From the human T2T-CHM13v2.0 reference genome, Homo sapiens, in NCBI RefSeq assembly GCF_009914755.1, contig NC_060932.1: a stretch of 64,000 nucleotides of DNA. One strand, 5' to 3'. Position 1 is the stretch's first letter; each line of letters starts with the position of its first letter. The notes under the pieces were generated by a model. It ran no database searches, was not told the origin of the DNA, and worked only from the letters and a program-made list of their open reading frames with translations. A program made the translations under genes and the position numbers. Of this stretch, positions 17,098 to 31,570 are shown piece by piece.

Positions 17098-20000
17098 ACA
17101 GCTAAAGCAGTGTTTAGAGGAAAATTTATAGCACTAAATGCCCACATGAGAAAGCAGGAAAGATCTAAAATTGACTCTCTAACATAACAATTAAAACAAG
17201 TAGAAGCAAAAGCAAATGAATTCAAAAGCTAGCAGAAGACAAGAAATAACTAAGATCAGAGAAGAACTGAAGGAAATGGAGACAAAAAATCCCTTCAAAA
17301 AATCAATGAATCAAGGAGCTGGTTTTTCAAAATGATTAACAAAATAGATAGACTGCTAGCCAGTTTAATAAAGAAGAAAAGAGAGAAGAACCAAATAGAC
17401 ACAATAAAAAATGATAAAGGGAAGATTACCACTGCTCTCACAGAAATACAAACTACCATCAGAGAATACCATAGACACCTCTACACAAATAAACTAGAAA
17501 TTCTTGAAGAAGTGGATAAATTCCTGGACACATAAAGCCTCCCAAGACTAAACCAGGAAGAAGTCGAATCCCTGAATAGACCAATAACAAGTTCTGAAAT
17601 TAAGGCAGTAATTAGTAGCTTACCAAGCAATAAAAACCCAGGACCAGACAGATTCACAGACAAATTCTACCAGAGGTACAAAGAGGAGCTGGTACCATTC
17701 CTTCTAAAACTATTCCAAACAATAGAAAAAGAAGGACTCCTCCCTAACTCATTTTATGAGGCCAGCATCATCCTGATAGCAAAACCTGGCAGAGACACAA
17801 CAAAAAAAAGAAATTTCAGACCAATATCCCTAATGAACATTGTTGGGAAAATCCTCAATAAAATATGGGCAAAGTGAATGCAGCAGCACATCCAAAAGCT
17901 TATCTACCATGATCAACTTGGCTTCATCCCTGGGATGCAAGACTGGTTCAACATACGCAAATCAATAAATGTAATCCATCACAGAGATAGAACCAATGAC
18001 AAAAACCACATGATTATCTCAATAGATGCAGAAAAGGCCTTTGATAAAATTCAACATCAATTCATGCTAAAAACACTCAATAAACTAGGTATTGATGGAA
18101 CACATCTCAAAATAGTAAGAGCTATTTATGACAAACCCACAGCCAATATCTTACTGAATGGGCAAAAGCTGGAAGCATTCCCTTTGAAAACTGGCACAAG
18201 ACAAGGATGCCCTCTCTCTCCACTCCTATTCAACATACTATTGGAAGTTTTCGCCAGGGAAATCATGTAAGAGAAAGAAATAAAGGGTATACAAATAGGA
18301 AGAGGGGAAGTCAAATTGTCTCTGTTTGCAGATGACTTGATTGTATACTTAGAAAACCCCAATGTCTCAGCCCAAAACTCCTTACTCTGATAAGCAAAGT
18401 CAGCAGAGTCTCAGGATACAAAATCAATGTGCAAAAATCACAAGCATTCCTATACACCAATAATAGACAAACAGAGAGCCAAATCATGAGTGAACTCCCA
18501 TTCACAATTGCTGCAAAGAGAATAATATCCCTAGGAATAAAACTTATAAGGATATGAAAGACCTCTTCAAGGAGAAGTACAAACCACTGCTCAAGGAAAT
18601 AAGAGAGGACACAAACAAATGGGAAAATATTCCATGCTCATGAACAGGAAAAATCAATATCATAAAAATAGCCATACTGCTCAAAGTAATTTATAGATTC
18701 AATGCTATTTCCATCAAGCTACCATTGACTTTCTTCAGAGAATTAGAAAAACTACCTTAAATTTCATATGGAACCTAAGAAGAGCCCTTATAGCCAAGAC
18801 AATCATAAGCAAAAAGAACAAAGCTGGAGGCATCGCGCTACCTGACTTCAAACTATACAAGTATACAATAACCAAAACAACATGGTACAGGTACCAAAAC
18901 AGATATATAGACCAATGGAACAGAACAGAGGCCTCAGAAATAACACCACATATCTACAACCATCTGATCTTCAACAAACCTGACAAAAACAAGCAATGGG
19001 GAAAGAATTCCCTATTTAATAAATGGTATTGGGAAAACTTTCTGCCATATGCAGAAAACTGAAACTGGACACCTTCCTTACACCTTATATAAAATTAACT
19101 CAAGATGGATTAAAGACTTAAATGTAAGACCTAAAACCATAAAAACCCTATAGAAAACCTAGGCAGTACCATTCAGGACATAGGCATGAGCAAAGACTTC
19201 ATGACTAAAACACAAAAAGCAATTCCAACAAAAGCTGAAATTGACAAATGGGATCTAGTTAAACTAAAGAGATTCTGCACAACAAAAGAAACTATCATTA
19301 GAGTGAACAGGAAACTTAAAGAATGGGAGAAAACTTCTGCCATCTATCCATCTGACAAAATGCTAATATTCAGAATCTACAAGGAACTTAAATTTACAAG
19401 AAAAAAACAAACAACCCCATCCAAAAGTGGGTGAAGGATATGAACAGACACTTCTCAAAAGAAGACATTTATGTGGCCAACAAATATATGAAAAAAAGCT
19501 CATCATCACCGGTCATTAGAGAAATGCAAATCAAAACCACAATGAGATACTATCTCATGCCAGTTAGAATGGCAATCAAAAAATCAGGAAACAACAGATA
19601 CTGGAGAGGATGTGGAGAAACAGGAACGCTTTTATTTTACATTGTTGGTGGGAGTGTAAATTAGTTCAACCATTGTGGAAGACAGTGTGGCAATTCCTCA
19701 AGGATCTAGAACCAGAAATACCATTTGACCCAGCAATCCCATTACTGGGTATATACCCAAAGGATTATAAATCATGCTACTCTAAAGAAACATGCACACA
19801 TATGTTTGTTGCAGCACTATTTACAATAGCAAAGAGTTGGAACCAACACAAATGCTCATCAATGACAGATTGGATAAATAAAATGTGGCAAATATACACT
19901 ATGGAATACTATGCAGCCATAAAAAAGAATGAGTTCCTGTCTTTTGCAGGGACATGGATGAAGCTGGAAACCATCATTCTCAGCAAACTGACACAGAAAC

Positions 20001-20258
20001 AGAAAAACAAACACAGCATGTTCTCACTCATAAGTGGGAGTTGAACAATGAGAACACATAGACACGGGGAGGGGTACATCACGTACCCGGGACTGTCAGG
20101 GGGTGGGGTGCAAGGGGAGGGTTGGCATTAGGAGAAATACCTAATGTAGATGATGGGTTGATGGGTGCAGCAAACAACCATGGCATATGTATACCTATGT
20201 AACAAACCTGCACGTACTGCTCATGTTTCCCAGAACTTAAAGTATAGTTAAAAAAAAA
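17098..20258 (+). mobile_element. 5'-truncated L1PA7-like LINE-1 (~3.2 kb), ORF2 disrupted
   Basis: ORF2 fragments 17332-20044 (RT and C-terminal domains); 3' UTR gtagatgatgggttgatgggtgcagcaaac; poly-A; degenerate TSD ending tgcta. Confidence 0.9.
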
Positions 20259-20930
20259 GAAGATGCTAAACTTTAATCATCATCAGGAAAATGGAATTTA
20301 ACACAACCCTGCAATGCTAACACACATTTACCCAAATATCTAACAATTGAAAAAAACTGAAAATACCTTGTGTTAATGAGGATGTGGATCAAATGGAAAT
20401 ATAATACATTGTTAGCAGACTTATAGAAAAATTACTCTGTATAATTATTTTGCAGTATGAATTTGTTAAATGAACAGGTAACTCAACAATTTAATTTCTA
20501 GATATATACCGAGAATATGAATATATGTTTTTGAAGAAGCATTCAGGAATGTTTGTAGGCACACAATTAGTAATAGCTCCCAACTAAAAACTGCTCAATT
20601 TTTGTGGTGTATATCTAAAATTGAATAGAGAAGTATATTCTACAACAAGTCATATACAACAACACAGTTAACACAGAAACCTAATGCTGAGCAAAAGAAG
20701 TCAGGCCCAATAGAGTGTGAACCATCTATAAAGTTAAAAAACAGGCAAAACTCATTAATGGGATTAGAAGTCAGCACAGTGTTTACAATGGTTAAAGAAA
20801 GGGGCATACATGGGGCTTTGGGGTGTTGTTAATATTTTATTTCTTAGTCTGGGTGCTATATACATGAGTTTGTTTCTTTTATGAAAATTAATCTTTGAGT
20901 TTATGATTTGTGTACTTTTTTATATGAGGT

Positions 20931-21229
20931 TATTTATTTATTTATTTAGAGACAGAGTCTCACTCTGTCGCCCAGGCTGGAGTGCAGTGGCACGGTCTCA
21001 GCTCACTGCCACCTCCGCCTACCAGGTTGAAGTGATTCTCCTGCTTCAGCCTCCTGAGTACCTGGGATAACAGGTGCAGGCCACCATGCCCAGCTAATTT
21101 TTGTATTTTTAGTAGGGATAGGGTTTCGCCACATGGTCAGGCTGGTCTCAAACTCCTGACCTCAGGTGACCTGCCGGCCTTGGCCTCCCAAAGTGCTGGG
21201 ATTACAGGTGTGAGCCACCATGCTCGGCC
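20931..21229 (-). mobile_element. AluS (Sx/Sz-like)
   Basis: (TTTA)n tail and full Alu antisense ending catgctcggcc. Confidence 0.9.
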
Positions 21230-21269
21230 ATGTAATTCAATTTAAAATTTTCCAATCCAAAAATGAAGG

Positions 21270-21590
21270 TAGGGATTTCTGCTTCTTTTCATGAGAGTAG
21301 ATGGGAATGAATTTATTTTCCCATTGTAAATATGTAGAAAACTAAACAAAATATATGAAAATACTCTTTTTAGACATTGGAGAGCAGGAAATGCAAAAGT
21401 GGGAAAGTGTTCCTTTCAAGTGCTGTGAGTCCTCAATCACCCCAGCTTTTTGCCTGGAGGATCAGTCCAACCTGGTCACCCACGATGTAGTCAGGGAAAT
21501 CCATCGCAGAGCAGAGTGGTCTCAATGAGTTGAAGTCAAGAGACAGAGATCAGAGTTCAGGGTGGCTGAGGTGGATGAGATCTGCTGATG
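21270..21590 (+). mobile_element. Probable 5'-end fragment of an ancient L1M
   Basis: agaaaactaaacaaaatatatgaaaatactctttttagacattggag resembles L1M 5' ends; identified from memory only. Confidence 0.4.
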
Positions 21591-22593
21591 TGCCTACCCT
21601 ATTTTCTTATTCATCTGAGAAAAAAATGTTGATTTATTTTTTAGATTACTTCATCCACTGTACATGTTGGAGTTGAGCACTCAAATTATTCTAGCTCATC
21701 TAATGTTTGCAAATTATGTATAATAAACAAAAATTTTGTCAAGAAATATATAAAATAATTTAATATTAAAAACAGAATACATTTGAGACTAAAAAAGAAA
21801 TGTATTTTAAGTTATCTGAAAGTGGCATTGAGTTTCAATAAGCTTTTTCTCTTTAGTTCTACCAAGCCCATAGACCAAACAGACAATCTCTCCCCATCCC
21901 ATCTCCCACCTTCACTTCCCCCACATACAGCGGGCATTAGAAAGCAGTGGCTTTTCATTTAGTCTGAAGGGATCAGCGTCCTAGAACATATGAATTAGCA
22001 GAGCCTCTGAGAAGCCCTATATTGACCTCAGTCATTTTGTTCAGTAATTCTTCAAAAGCAGGCCAGAGGCTCACTGGTGAACATGCTTGCAATACTAATG
22101 TTTGTGAAATGGAAAATTTTAGGAAGGGAATTCTATTTCCCTGAGCAAGTTTCCAAGCACTAAACTCTCTTTCAAATAATAAAAGAGGTTAGAGACTAAC
22201 TTAGGGAACAGATTCAATTTTTCAATGTGGCATTAATAGGGGCAAAGCAAAGAGACAGATTGCATTGACAGAGAAACAAAAATGGATAATGGATTTAATA
22301 GCTTGAGTTCTAATGGAAAAAATAACATTCTCCCAGAGATTGTCATATTTTTTAAAAAATGTGGCTACCAATAATAGTACATACATGAACAAAAAAAGCT
22401 TACATGGTGGTATATAAATCATTAAAAAGTTTTCAGCAAAATTAAGTAGACAAGCATTTCTGTTTCCTTCTGTATATTATCTCCTTCATTATTCATATCC
22501 TCAATAATTTCTTGTATACTTGCATTGAAGATTAACCTGTAGTTTTCAACTTTTTGCTGGTTATAACAAAAAAACACCAATAAGAAGTAACAT

Positions 22594-24170
22594 GAAGCTA
22601 TTTGGGATGCTAGAATAATTATCTGTAGGCTTTCTTTTTGTAAGTGTGTATAATGAAAATTATTAGATTCAGTATGTGATTACTTGGCCAATTGAGGGAT
22701 ATTTCAGTTTATAATTTTGTTAACAGTCCCTACCTGTTATGTAAGCTAGTCATAAAAGTTCAACCAACCAAAAGCTTTGAAAATTTCATGAGACTGATGG
22801 AACTTATAATAATGCACATATAACCACACCAACATTTTGCATATAATTTAAATGAGTAGAGGAAACTTTAAAATATCATATTAAATCCCTTATTTAAACT
22901 ATAAGGTAATAATTAAGGAACTACATGAGATAAGAATATAATAAAATGTAGAATTAACATTTTATTTTGGTCAAAATGAAAAGAGAAAAATACCTTGAAT
23001 ATAATAATTGATCCTAATGCACAAAAATTCATGAGGACCCAAAAAGATAAGATCTAATAAAAAGCTGATATTTGGGAAAAAATTCAGTTTTGTCAATGTG
23101 TAAACAGTAATTGTGATTATTTTACAAATGAGAAATGTGTGAGAGAGAGAGAAAGACAGAGAGAGACAAAGAAATGTGTGGGAGGGAGAAAATAGCAGAT
23201 CTTGACAAACAGAAAGGGAAGCAAAAAAGTAATGTTAAAAATACCTAATAAGAAGAGACAATAAAAAATTACAAATTAGCAAATTACTTCCTATCATGCT
23301 TCATACATCAGATACTTGATGAGATATGTATCAACTCTTTAGTGTTCTATTAACTGGTTTCAATGACTTTGTCATAGTGTTATTGTTCTTTCAGAAGCAA
23401 TGAAATAAATTAATGAGCATATCAATAAAAACAGTTAATTATGGCAACAATTCAAGCATAAGAAATAGGACAGAAGAAACATCTCAGGTGTTAGTGATCT
23501 CAAATCTCAATGAGTGAATGTTACTGTATCTGATTCTGATTTTCCATTGTTAGAGTTTGTTTGTGTCAGTTCAGTATCAGATCTTATTAAACATTCATTA
23601 AAGACCTGCACCATGCCAGGCAGTATCCAAAAACATTTTATAAATGATTGGAACTTAACTTTTAGAATACTCTGAGAAACAAAAATTTTTTAAATTACTT
23701 AGTCATAGAAGCCTATTATGTTCTAAGGTATCATTTACTTAAGAGTTAAATGTGGGCTACATGAAACCTTAAAGATGCAGCTGTTATGTTTACTAGGTTA
23801 CAGGAATAGGTGCTTTTCTGTCCATAAATACCTTACAAATGTTTCAAACCTTGGCAAAACAAATGAACAAAATTCTTTTAGTAACTGCGTTTCTGTAGAG
23901 GAGTAAATGTACTAAGACTATTAAATAACTTACACCTTAACTAAAACTTTTAGGTGGAAACAAAAGACTGGTTAGAAAAAATGTGAAGCTAATTTGGATG
24001 TTAGAATTTTTTTGTGTTATTTTATTGGCAGGGTGTGTATGACTAAAATTATTAGATTCAATGTGTGATCAATTGGCTAACCAAGGGACTTTTCAGAACA
24101 TAATCATGTTAAATGTCTCTTCCTGGTATGTGAGATATGAATTCATACGATATCAACCAGTTTAAAGGCT
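22594..24170. repeat. Diverged direct duplication, copies at ~22594-22780 and ~23985-24170
   Basis: Ungapped cores 22644-22745 and 24033-24134 match at about 78/102 by hand, including aaaattattagattca. Similarity extends upstream (gaagcta.tt.ggatg.tagaat) and downstream (tcaacca). Confidence 0.8.
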
Positions 24171-26934
24171 TTTTTTTAGTGACCAAATTTATCCCCATCT
24201 TTACTATTAAAAATCACCTATCAGGATAATTTTTTCTTTTCTCTGCAGTCTGTGCCAGTCATATTTTAGTACATAACTCTATCAAATACACAGGTAATTA
24301 CTTGTATATTTTCATTGTGTTCTCTCATTGCTTTAGTTGGGGACATTCCTTCAGTATAGTTTTCTATTACAAATGCTAATTTTTATTAGTCCCACATTCA
24401 TGTGTGGATGTATATAAACCTCTTAGCTAATTTTTTAAAAAAGTGAATTCTTGATGAATCAGAACTAATGAAAGAAGCTTAGTGTGACATGAAATAAATG
24501 CAGGTCATGTTGCTGAATGGAAACTTTCAGGAAGGACAAATGAACTCAATGTTGAGATGGAAGAAGACTGTCAACCATTATACTGGTGGCCTCCTGTGAG
24601 TTTCATAGAGGCAGCAGAAGGATTTGAGACAGTAATTTTGATTAAAAACATCAAAAGCTATTGTTTCCACTCAATAGATGACCAACCATGTCAGCTAGGT
24701 GCTTCTTTTCCAGCCTCGCTTAGGACATACCATGTAGAGGAAAGTGCTAATAATTGAAACTCCCATGACAAATGGCTTAGTGGGTGCCACAGCTTTTCAC
24801 TCCATACTGGACATGCTCCCTGTTCCACCTGGTAGCCATGCTGCTGTTTTCTCTAGGCCGATGTGCTGACCTTGGTTGTCAAGCATTTCCTCAAGCACAG
24901 TTCCTAAGTGCTGGGAATTCATGTTAATTGTCTTGTAGTCCTTGGCTACTGCCCGAACAGAAAACAGCCCAACTTCAACCCATCTATTCTCTCCTAAAGG
25001 ATACAAAACTGCCCTGTACCCTCTTACCAATTCCTTTTCTGGATTCCTGCCTATACCACACCAGCAGGTAACTCTGAAGAGAGTTTTCGAATTTTTGCTC
25101 CAGTTTTTTATTCTTTATGCTAGATCAACTTCTGCTTCTTTTGGCTTAATATTTTGCACAGCTTCAAAAAGTAAAATTTGTCTTTTCAAGTGAAATAAAT
25201 GAGAACTGCTGCAGGGCACCCACGCAGTTGAGCAGATTTTAGGTTCTTCCATAACCTATTTAGAAAGCAAACTTCCCAGATACATGTTCATACACCATGT
25301 TGGAATTAACAATGGGAGAGTAGTATGAGGAGTTGTATAGTTTTCCACCTAGTCATTTGCAAAAATGAAGTTTGTCTCAAAAGATTAGAGAGCTAAATAA
25401 TTAGGAGTTATAGACACTGTCAAAGCTATTTTTTATATCTCTATTTAGCTATCTATACATGTGTATGTGTGTATATATGTATATTTATATATATGTAGTT
25501 TTACTTTTCAAAACAATACCCATGCTGCTGATCTAAAGTGAGAGAGAGAGAGGGGTGGAGGACTGAGAGCAGGTAGTTATAAAGAACAAAGTGCATTTTA
25601 CTCAGCAAAGCTCTTTGAAGCCAGTGTGTATTACCTGAGTTTGAGATGCTGAGTATTTTGGATATTTGCTCTATGTGGCAAAAACAACAACAACTCATTT
25701 TATAGTGTCACAGTATCCCCTAATAATCTGATAGAATAAACTGATAGGCATTAGGGTATATGCGTCATATGTTATATTTCTATTAATGTAAATGTTGAGC
25801 TATATAGCCTGCATATTTCAAATTATGCTGCTGGGCATAGAATAAATATTAAGCAACTATTCTTCCTTTGTTCTGTCTCTTCTATTTCTTTTCTGAGATG
25901 ATTGGTCAAAAGTAGCCAAAGAGGTTCTGGAGAATTTCTTGAAAGGGCTACTGTTGTCACTAATTCATGCCAAATCATCAGAATATAGCAAAAACTTTTT
26001 TATCAATCTAAACAATAACATACACCTCAGCAACTTGTATAAAGGAAAATCATCTTATTCAATTTTCATTTAAAATTGTTATATATTCCATAATGTTTAT
26101 TTGAACTGACACATTTTACTTAGAATAGTCATATTATCATTCAATATCAAACAAGCTATAGAGTACATCATTCAGGCACCTGAATAAAAATGACAGAAAG
26201 TGTTAATATGGTAACCACATAGCACCCCAGATAATTTTTTTTTCTATCACTGCATTTTATTGCCAGTGGCCACAGTGTGAAGTTGTAGAAGTTTGGAGAG
26301 ACATCTGCATACTTAAAGGAGAGAGGAAGAGTATAAAAGTATAGAGCTCATGATCTTCAAACAAAATGTAGAAGAACTTTAAAGTTGAGAATTAACACAG
26401 AAATGATATGAGGGAAGGACTCACATACAGAACAAAAATGAAACTTCCTAAGGACAATTTTTGCCTTCTCTCTTATTTTTCTGCATATATTTGTATGTAT
26501 GTATTTGCATGTATAGCCACATATGCAAATATATAAAAATAGTAACACTGTCGAACTTCTACCAGCTGGATGTGTATTTGAGATTAAAATAAGGTTACGC
26601 CTACCAAAATTCAACTCCCCACTGTTAAAGTATAAAATATTTTCCTTTTCAGTTTTATCTTTTCTACCACATTTACCACCAAAATTACTTAAATGAAAAT
26701 CATGTTTGAACACTAATTTTTTTTCTACAGTCATTTTTTAATCTTAGAGCAAAAAGTTTCAGATTGGAGATTTGTGTTGAATTGTTGTTCTATTATTTGT
26801 GAAACATTTTAAAATTTAGGGAGAGTGTTAGAAAAGTGGTAATTGGTGAGTGATTAACAGAACTCTTCTCTGTTAACTTCATTGTTGTGTACACCAGCTT
26901 GGGTTGACAAAGTTGGAATTAATAAATGATTGGG

Positions 26935-27230
26935 CACTGAGCGCAGTGGCTCATGCCTGTAATCGCAGTACATTGGGAGGCTGAGATGGGTGGATCACTT
27001 GAGGCCAGGAGTTTGAGACCAGCCTGCCCAACATGGCAAAACCCTGCCTTTGTTAAAAATGCAAATATTAGCTGGGCATGCTGGTGCGCACCTGTAATTA
27101 CAGCTACTCAGGAGGCTGAGGCACGAGAAACACTTGAACCTGGAAGGGAGAGGTTGCAGTGGGCCCAGACTGTGCCATTGCACTCCAGCCTGGGCAACAG
27201 AGCGAGATGCTGTCTCTAAATAAATAAATA
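26935..27230 (+). mobile_element. Alu (old AluS/J)
   Basis: Full Alu with (TAAA)n tail; TSD aataaatg(a/t)ttgg. Confidence 0.9.
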
Positions 27231-27593
27231 AATGTTTGGTAGCATGAACTAATGGCAAATCATCAGAACTGGGGATCAGGATAATGATGGCTTTGATGCT
27301 ATAGCTATGACTATGGGTAAGTTAACTACCTTCATTGGTACAGTATCCTCATAGCTGTATAATAAGATAATTATCCTATATATTCTCTAAAATGCACTTT
27401 TAGAAGTGCAAATCTACCTGATATCCTGTTTAAAAAAGATTTATTTTTAAGCAAACATTTAGCCACATATATGGCAGCTTGACTTGCTCTGTTTAATTTA
27501 TATCTAGGATACCTATAAATTACTTGAATTCTAGGGCTATTAGTAATTGGTCATTATAAAAAATTTACATTTGGGACAGAATATAAGAAAACG

Positions 27594-27722
27594 TATATAT
27601 ATATATACACACACATATATATCCATATATATATCCATAGATATATGTATATGGATATCCATATATATCCATATGTATATATACATATATTCCCTGTGTG
27701 TGTATATACACACACGATATAT
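27594..27722. repeat. Degenerate (TA)n/(CA)n low-complexity tract
   Basis: tatatatatatatacacacacatatatatccatatat... Confidence 0.85.
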
Positions 27723-28762
27723 TTGCCAGCAAAATAAAATGTCAAAAATGTGTAAAAGAATTACTATTCTGTGTTTTTAAGAAAAGAATGTATTCCAAAA
27801 GATTCCTCTGTTTAGAAAGCTACTACAACTTATTAATATAATCTGTAAAACAATTTGCAATATTCATAGTGATTTGAAACAAAATATTTAAATTTGACAT
27901 AAAATAAAATTAAAGACCAGGTTTATTTTACCCGTAGTTATTCCACCAAGAACTCTCTAGACATTGATTATTCTGAGCCAAGTGAATATTATGTCCAAAT
28001 ATGACATATACTCCATGTGAGAGGTGAAAATTAGTGAATTGTCATAATTTTGGCTGAGCCATGTTTTCATTGCCATTTTACAAATAAGCTTTTCTTGCTA
28101 ATAGAGAAGCTTGACAATTCTCAGAAACCCAGACTACTTGACTGAAAATTCAATAAGTAAGTTAAGGATAGCAAATGGTAACCAGGCCTTGGGGAGGCTA
28201 TACGATTTAAATACAACTTTTTTTTGACAGTTTGTAGTATAGCTCTGGTGGTTGGTTTCAAAATCTGTCAAAAAGATATAACTGGACTTAGGAGTTTAGT
28301 TTGATTCTTAAACCAAATAATCGGACAGCAGTGTGGCATTACTGCCTTTGGCCGTTCAGAAAAAAAAATCTGAGTTTTGAAAGAGCAAAAGCATTAACAT
28401 CATCAGATTGCTGCTGTGTACTGGCAGAAAAACTTTCTAAGTTTCACTGCATGAACATTCGGTCAGGGCAATCAGATAATGAAGGCATCTTCACCGATGT
28501 CAATAGGACTCGACAATAAACACATCCCCAAAGAAATGATGTTTAACAATTATGTCATATAATGTGATGGGGGAGTCATCAACTTCCATTTGTTTCAATG
28601 GTGATTTTACTTTCATTTTCTCAACATCAGTAAAACAGTTGCACCCACATTTGTTATATTGATACTCAAGTAAAACTAAGGAAATTGACACTAGAGTCTC
28701 ATTGTTTTCTAGTGCCACCAGGTTGCTGCTAAGAATCTATTTTTTAAAAAGGTAAAATTGAA

Positions 28763-29137
<375 letters not shown>

Positions 29138-29339
29138 TTATAATTGTATAACTGAGTCACTAGTCTCCAGAGTTTAAGGATGTAATAGAAGTTACATATT
29201 TTTTATTCCGCTGTTTGTATTCTGTAATATTTTAGTACCGAACATGTTAGATTTAGCCACTAAATCAACAGGATCCTAATTATTTTCGTGTTTATTTGGA
29301 GCAAATAACATCAATAGTAGGAAATATTTATTTTCCACA

Positions 29340-29495
29340 CACTGTACTAAGTACTGTATGTGCATTTTTCATTTGACTCTAAAAATCCTTGCATAAAATA
29401 GGTACTACTAATATCTACATTTTATAGCAAGGAGATAGAGGTTTAGAGAAGCTTCATGACTTTTCCAGAGGACAAAGGCAGTAAATGGCATTCAT
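29340..29495 (-). mobile_element. MIR SINE remnant
   Basis: aggtactactaatatctacattttatagcaaggagatagaggtttagagaag resembles the MIR core. Confidence 0.55.
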
Positions 29496-30320
29496 AGGTG
29501 ACTCTGAATCATGGCCTACCTGGATTTATATAGAGATCTTTCTGCAGGTATTTGATTTCATTACCTAAATAAATAAATACAAAAATAAATATTTGTAGGC
29601 CTCCTACTAGATGTTACGTAAGGGATTTGAGATAGCCATCCCATTGGAAAAAACTTATTATTGGTTCAGTCTAAATTTTATAGCAATTAATTCATTGGTG
29701 CAAACAAATTATCAAGGAACTCACCTGCCTCCCATTGTGTCATAATTCATTGCACCCATGGCTATTATTTTGAAGACATATGACCCCAAAATGTCACATT
29801 ATAAGGGACTAGGTAAGATTGTGGCAAATCTCAGTTGAAGGGATTAACATGTGGAAATCAAGCCAGGAAAAGCAGTTCTGATACAGGGCTTTGGGTGAAA
29901 AAAAGAGGAGTACTGAAAGAATGTGTAGGGAATCACTTATATATATCTTCTATTAGTCTCTGTTTTCCAAATGACCATTTGTATATTGAGCAAATGAAGA
30001 ATTTTTTGAAAGCATCATATGTATAATGCTTACAAGACAAAGAAGTAATCATTTTCTCAGAATTCACACTTAAAAGACTAATGCTGAAAATGTCAGAGCT
30101 GGGTTAAGGGGAAGACCAGAATGGAAATTGCTCAATATTCTCTAAGCAGTTAAACACCACCAGAAATGTAAGAAGATTTGAAAAAAAAAAAGTATTCCCT
30201 AGAACTCTTCTTGTGGAAAGTTCTGTGAGTAGTTTGAAGATGGAATGTTAAAGGTGAAATTTGGCTCCCAACCCCATCTATTTATATAGACTCTCTTCTG
30301 AGGAAATTGCAGTCTTCTTC

Positions 30321-30685
30321 TGTATTAGTCCATTTTTCATACTGCTATAAAGACATACCTGAGAGTTGGTAATTTGTAAAGAAAAGAGGTTTAATTGACT
30401 CACAGTTCTGCATGGCTGGGGAGACCTCAGGAAACTGGCATGGTGGAAGGGGAAGAGGCACATCTTAAATGGTGGAATGGAAGAGATAGAGAGCAAGAGC
30501 AGGGAAAACTGCCTTATAATACCATCAGGTCTCCTGAGAACTCACTCACTATCACAAGAACAGCATGGGGGAAAACATCCCCGTGATCCAATCACCTCCC
30601 AACTGGTCCCTCCCTCAACACGTGGGCATTATGGGGACTACAATTCAAGATGAGATTTGGGTGGGGACACAGCAAAACCATATCA
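30321..30685 (-). mobile_element. MaLR solo LTR, THE1D/MSTA-type
   Basis: tgtattagtccattt...gaggtttaattgactcacagttc...gagatttgggtggggacacagc.aaaccatatca. Confidence 0.88.
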
Positions 30686-31570
30686 TTTGCTAAGTGGAAA
30701 ATGCAAGTTTGGAGCTTGGAGTTTGGAGATGGCTTCTTCAAGACAATATAGTATTAACACAGCAATTCTTTATTTTCCTTTCTTCCTCTGGTGCACCCTA
30801 GCATCCTCCTTATCAAAATGTGTTTATAAGTAGTTTGATGATATATGTTTGAAGAGGTATCAGTTTATGAGACTTCTTAGGGCGCCCATGTGTCTAGTCT
30901 AGCCCTGATTATTGAAGACTGGAGGAGACAAAAATATGCCACAGTTTTACATAATTACTTATAATAAAATGAAGAAAATCACGAAACCCCAAATCAACAA
31001 TAACAAACCAACAAGAAAAGCTTATAATACATTTCTGTTTCCCTCTTTATATTATTTCATCACTTTCATCCTTTGGTACCAGATAAACATTCACTAAATA
31101 AATCGTCACAGTGACTCCACCAGGCTAGATCTAGAAAAAGTTTGTCATCTTCTCATAGTGAACCAGATATCTGAGAGAAGACTGACTGCTGTTTAGTTCA
31201 TATGTTACTGCTTCTAATATTTTCTGGATAATCGTGGGGATATTTACATAGTCTGGGAAATAAATTATATTTATATTTGTGCTGTGCACTATAAAGAAAA
31301 TTAAGTTTAATTTATATATTTAGTGTCAAGTAGTTAAAACATAAATCCCCAGGTAATAATTGGACTATTTTCAAGAATCATTATAGCCACTGGGTTGAAT
31401 GTTGGTGATGCAACACAAAATGTATATCCTCTAAAACTATAGGATATCCAAATTAAAGAAACAAAAACATTTTTCCAGATGGCACCAGTATAAAAGATGT
31501 TTATATCCCATCAAGTGACATGGAGGGCTATGAAATTCTGTCACTGTAACAGCAGTTTATAAAAAGGCTT

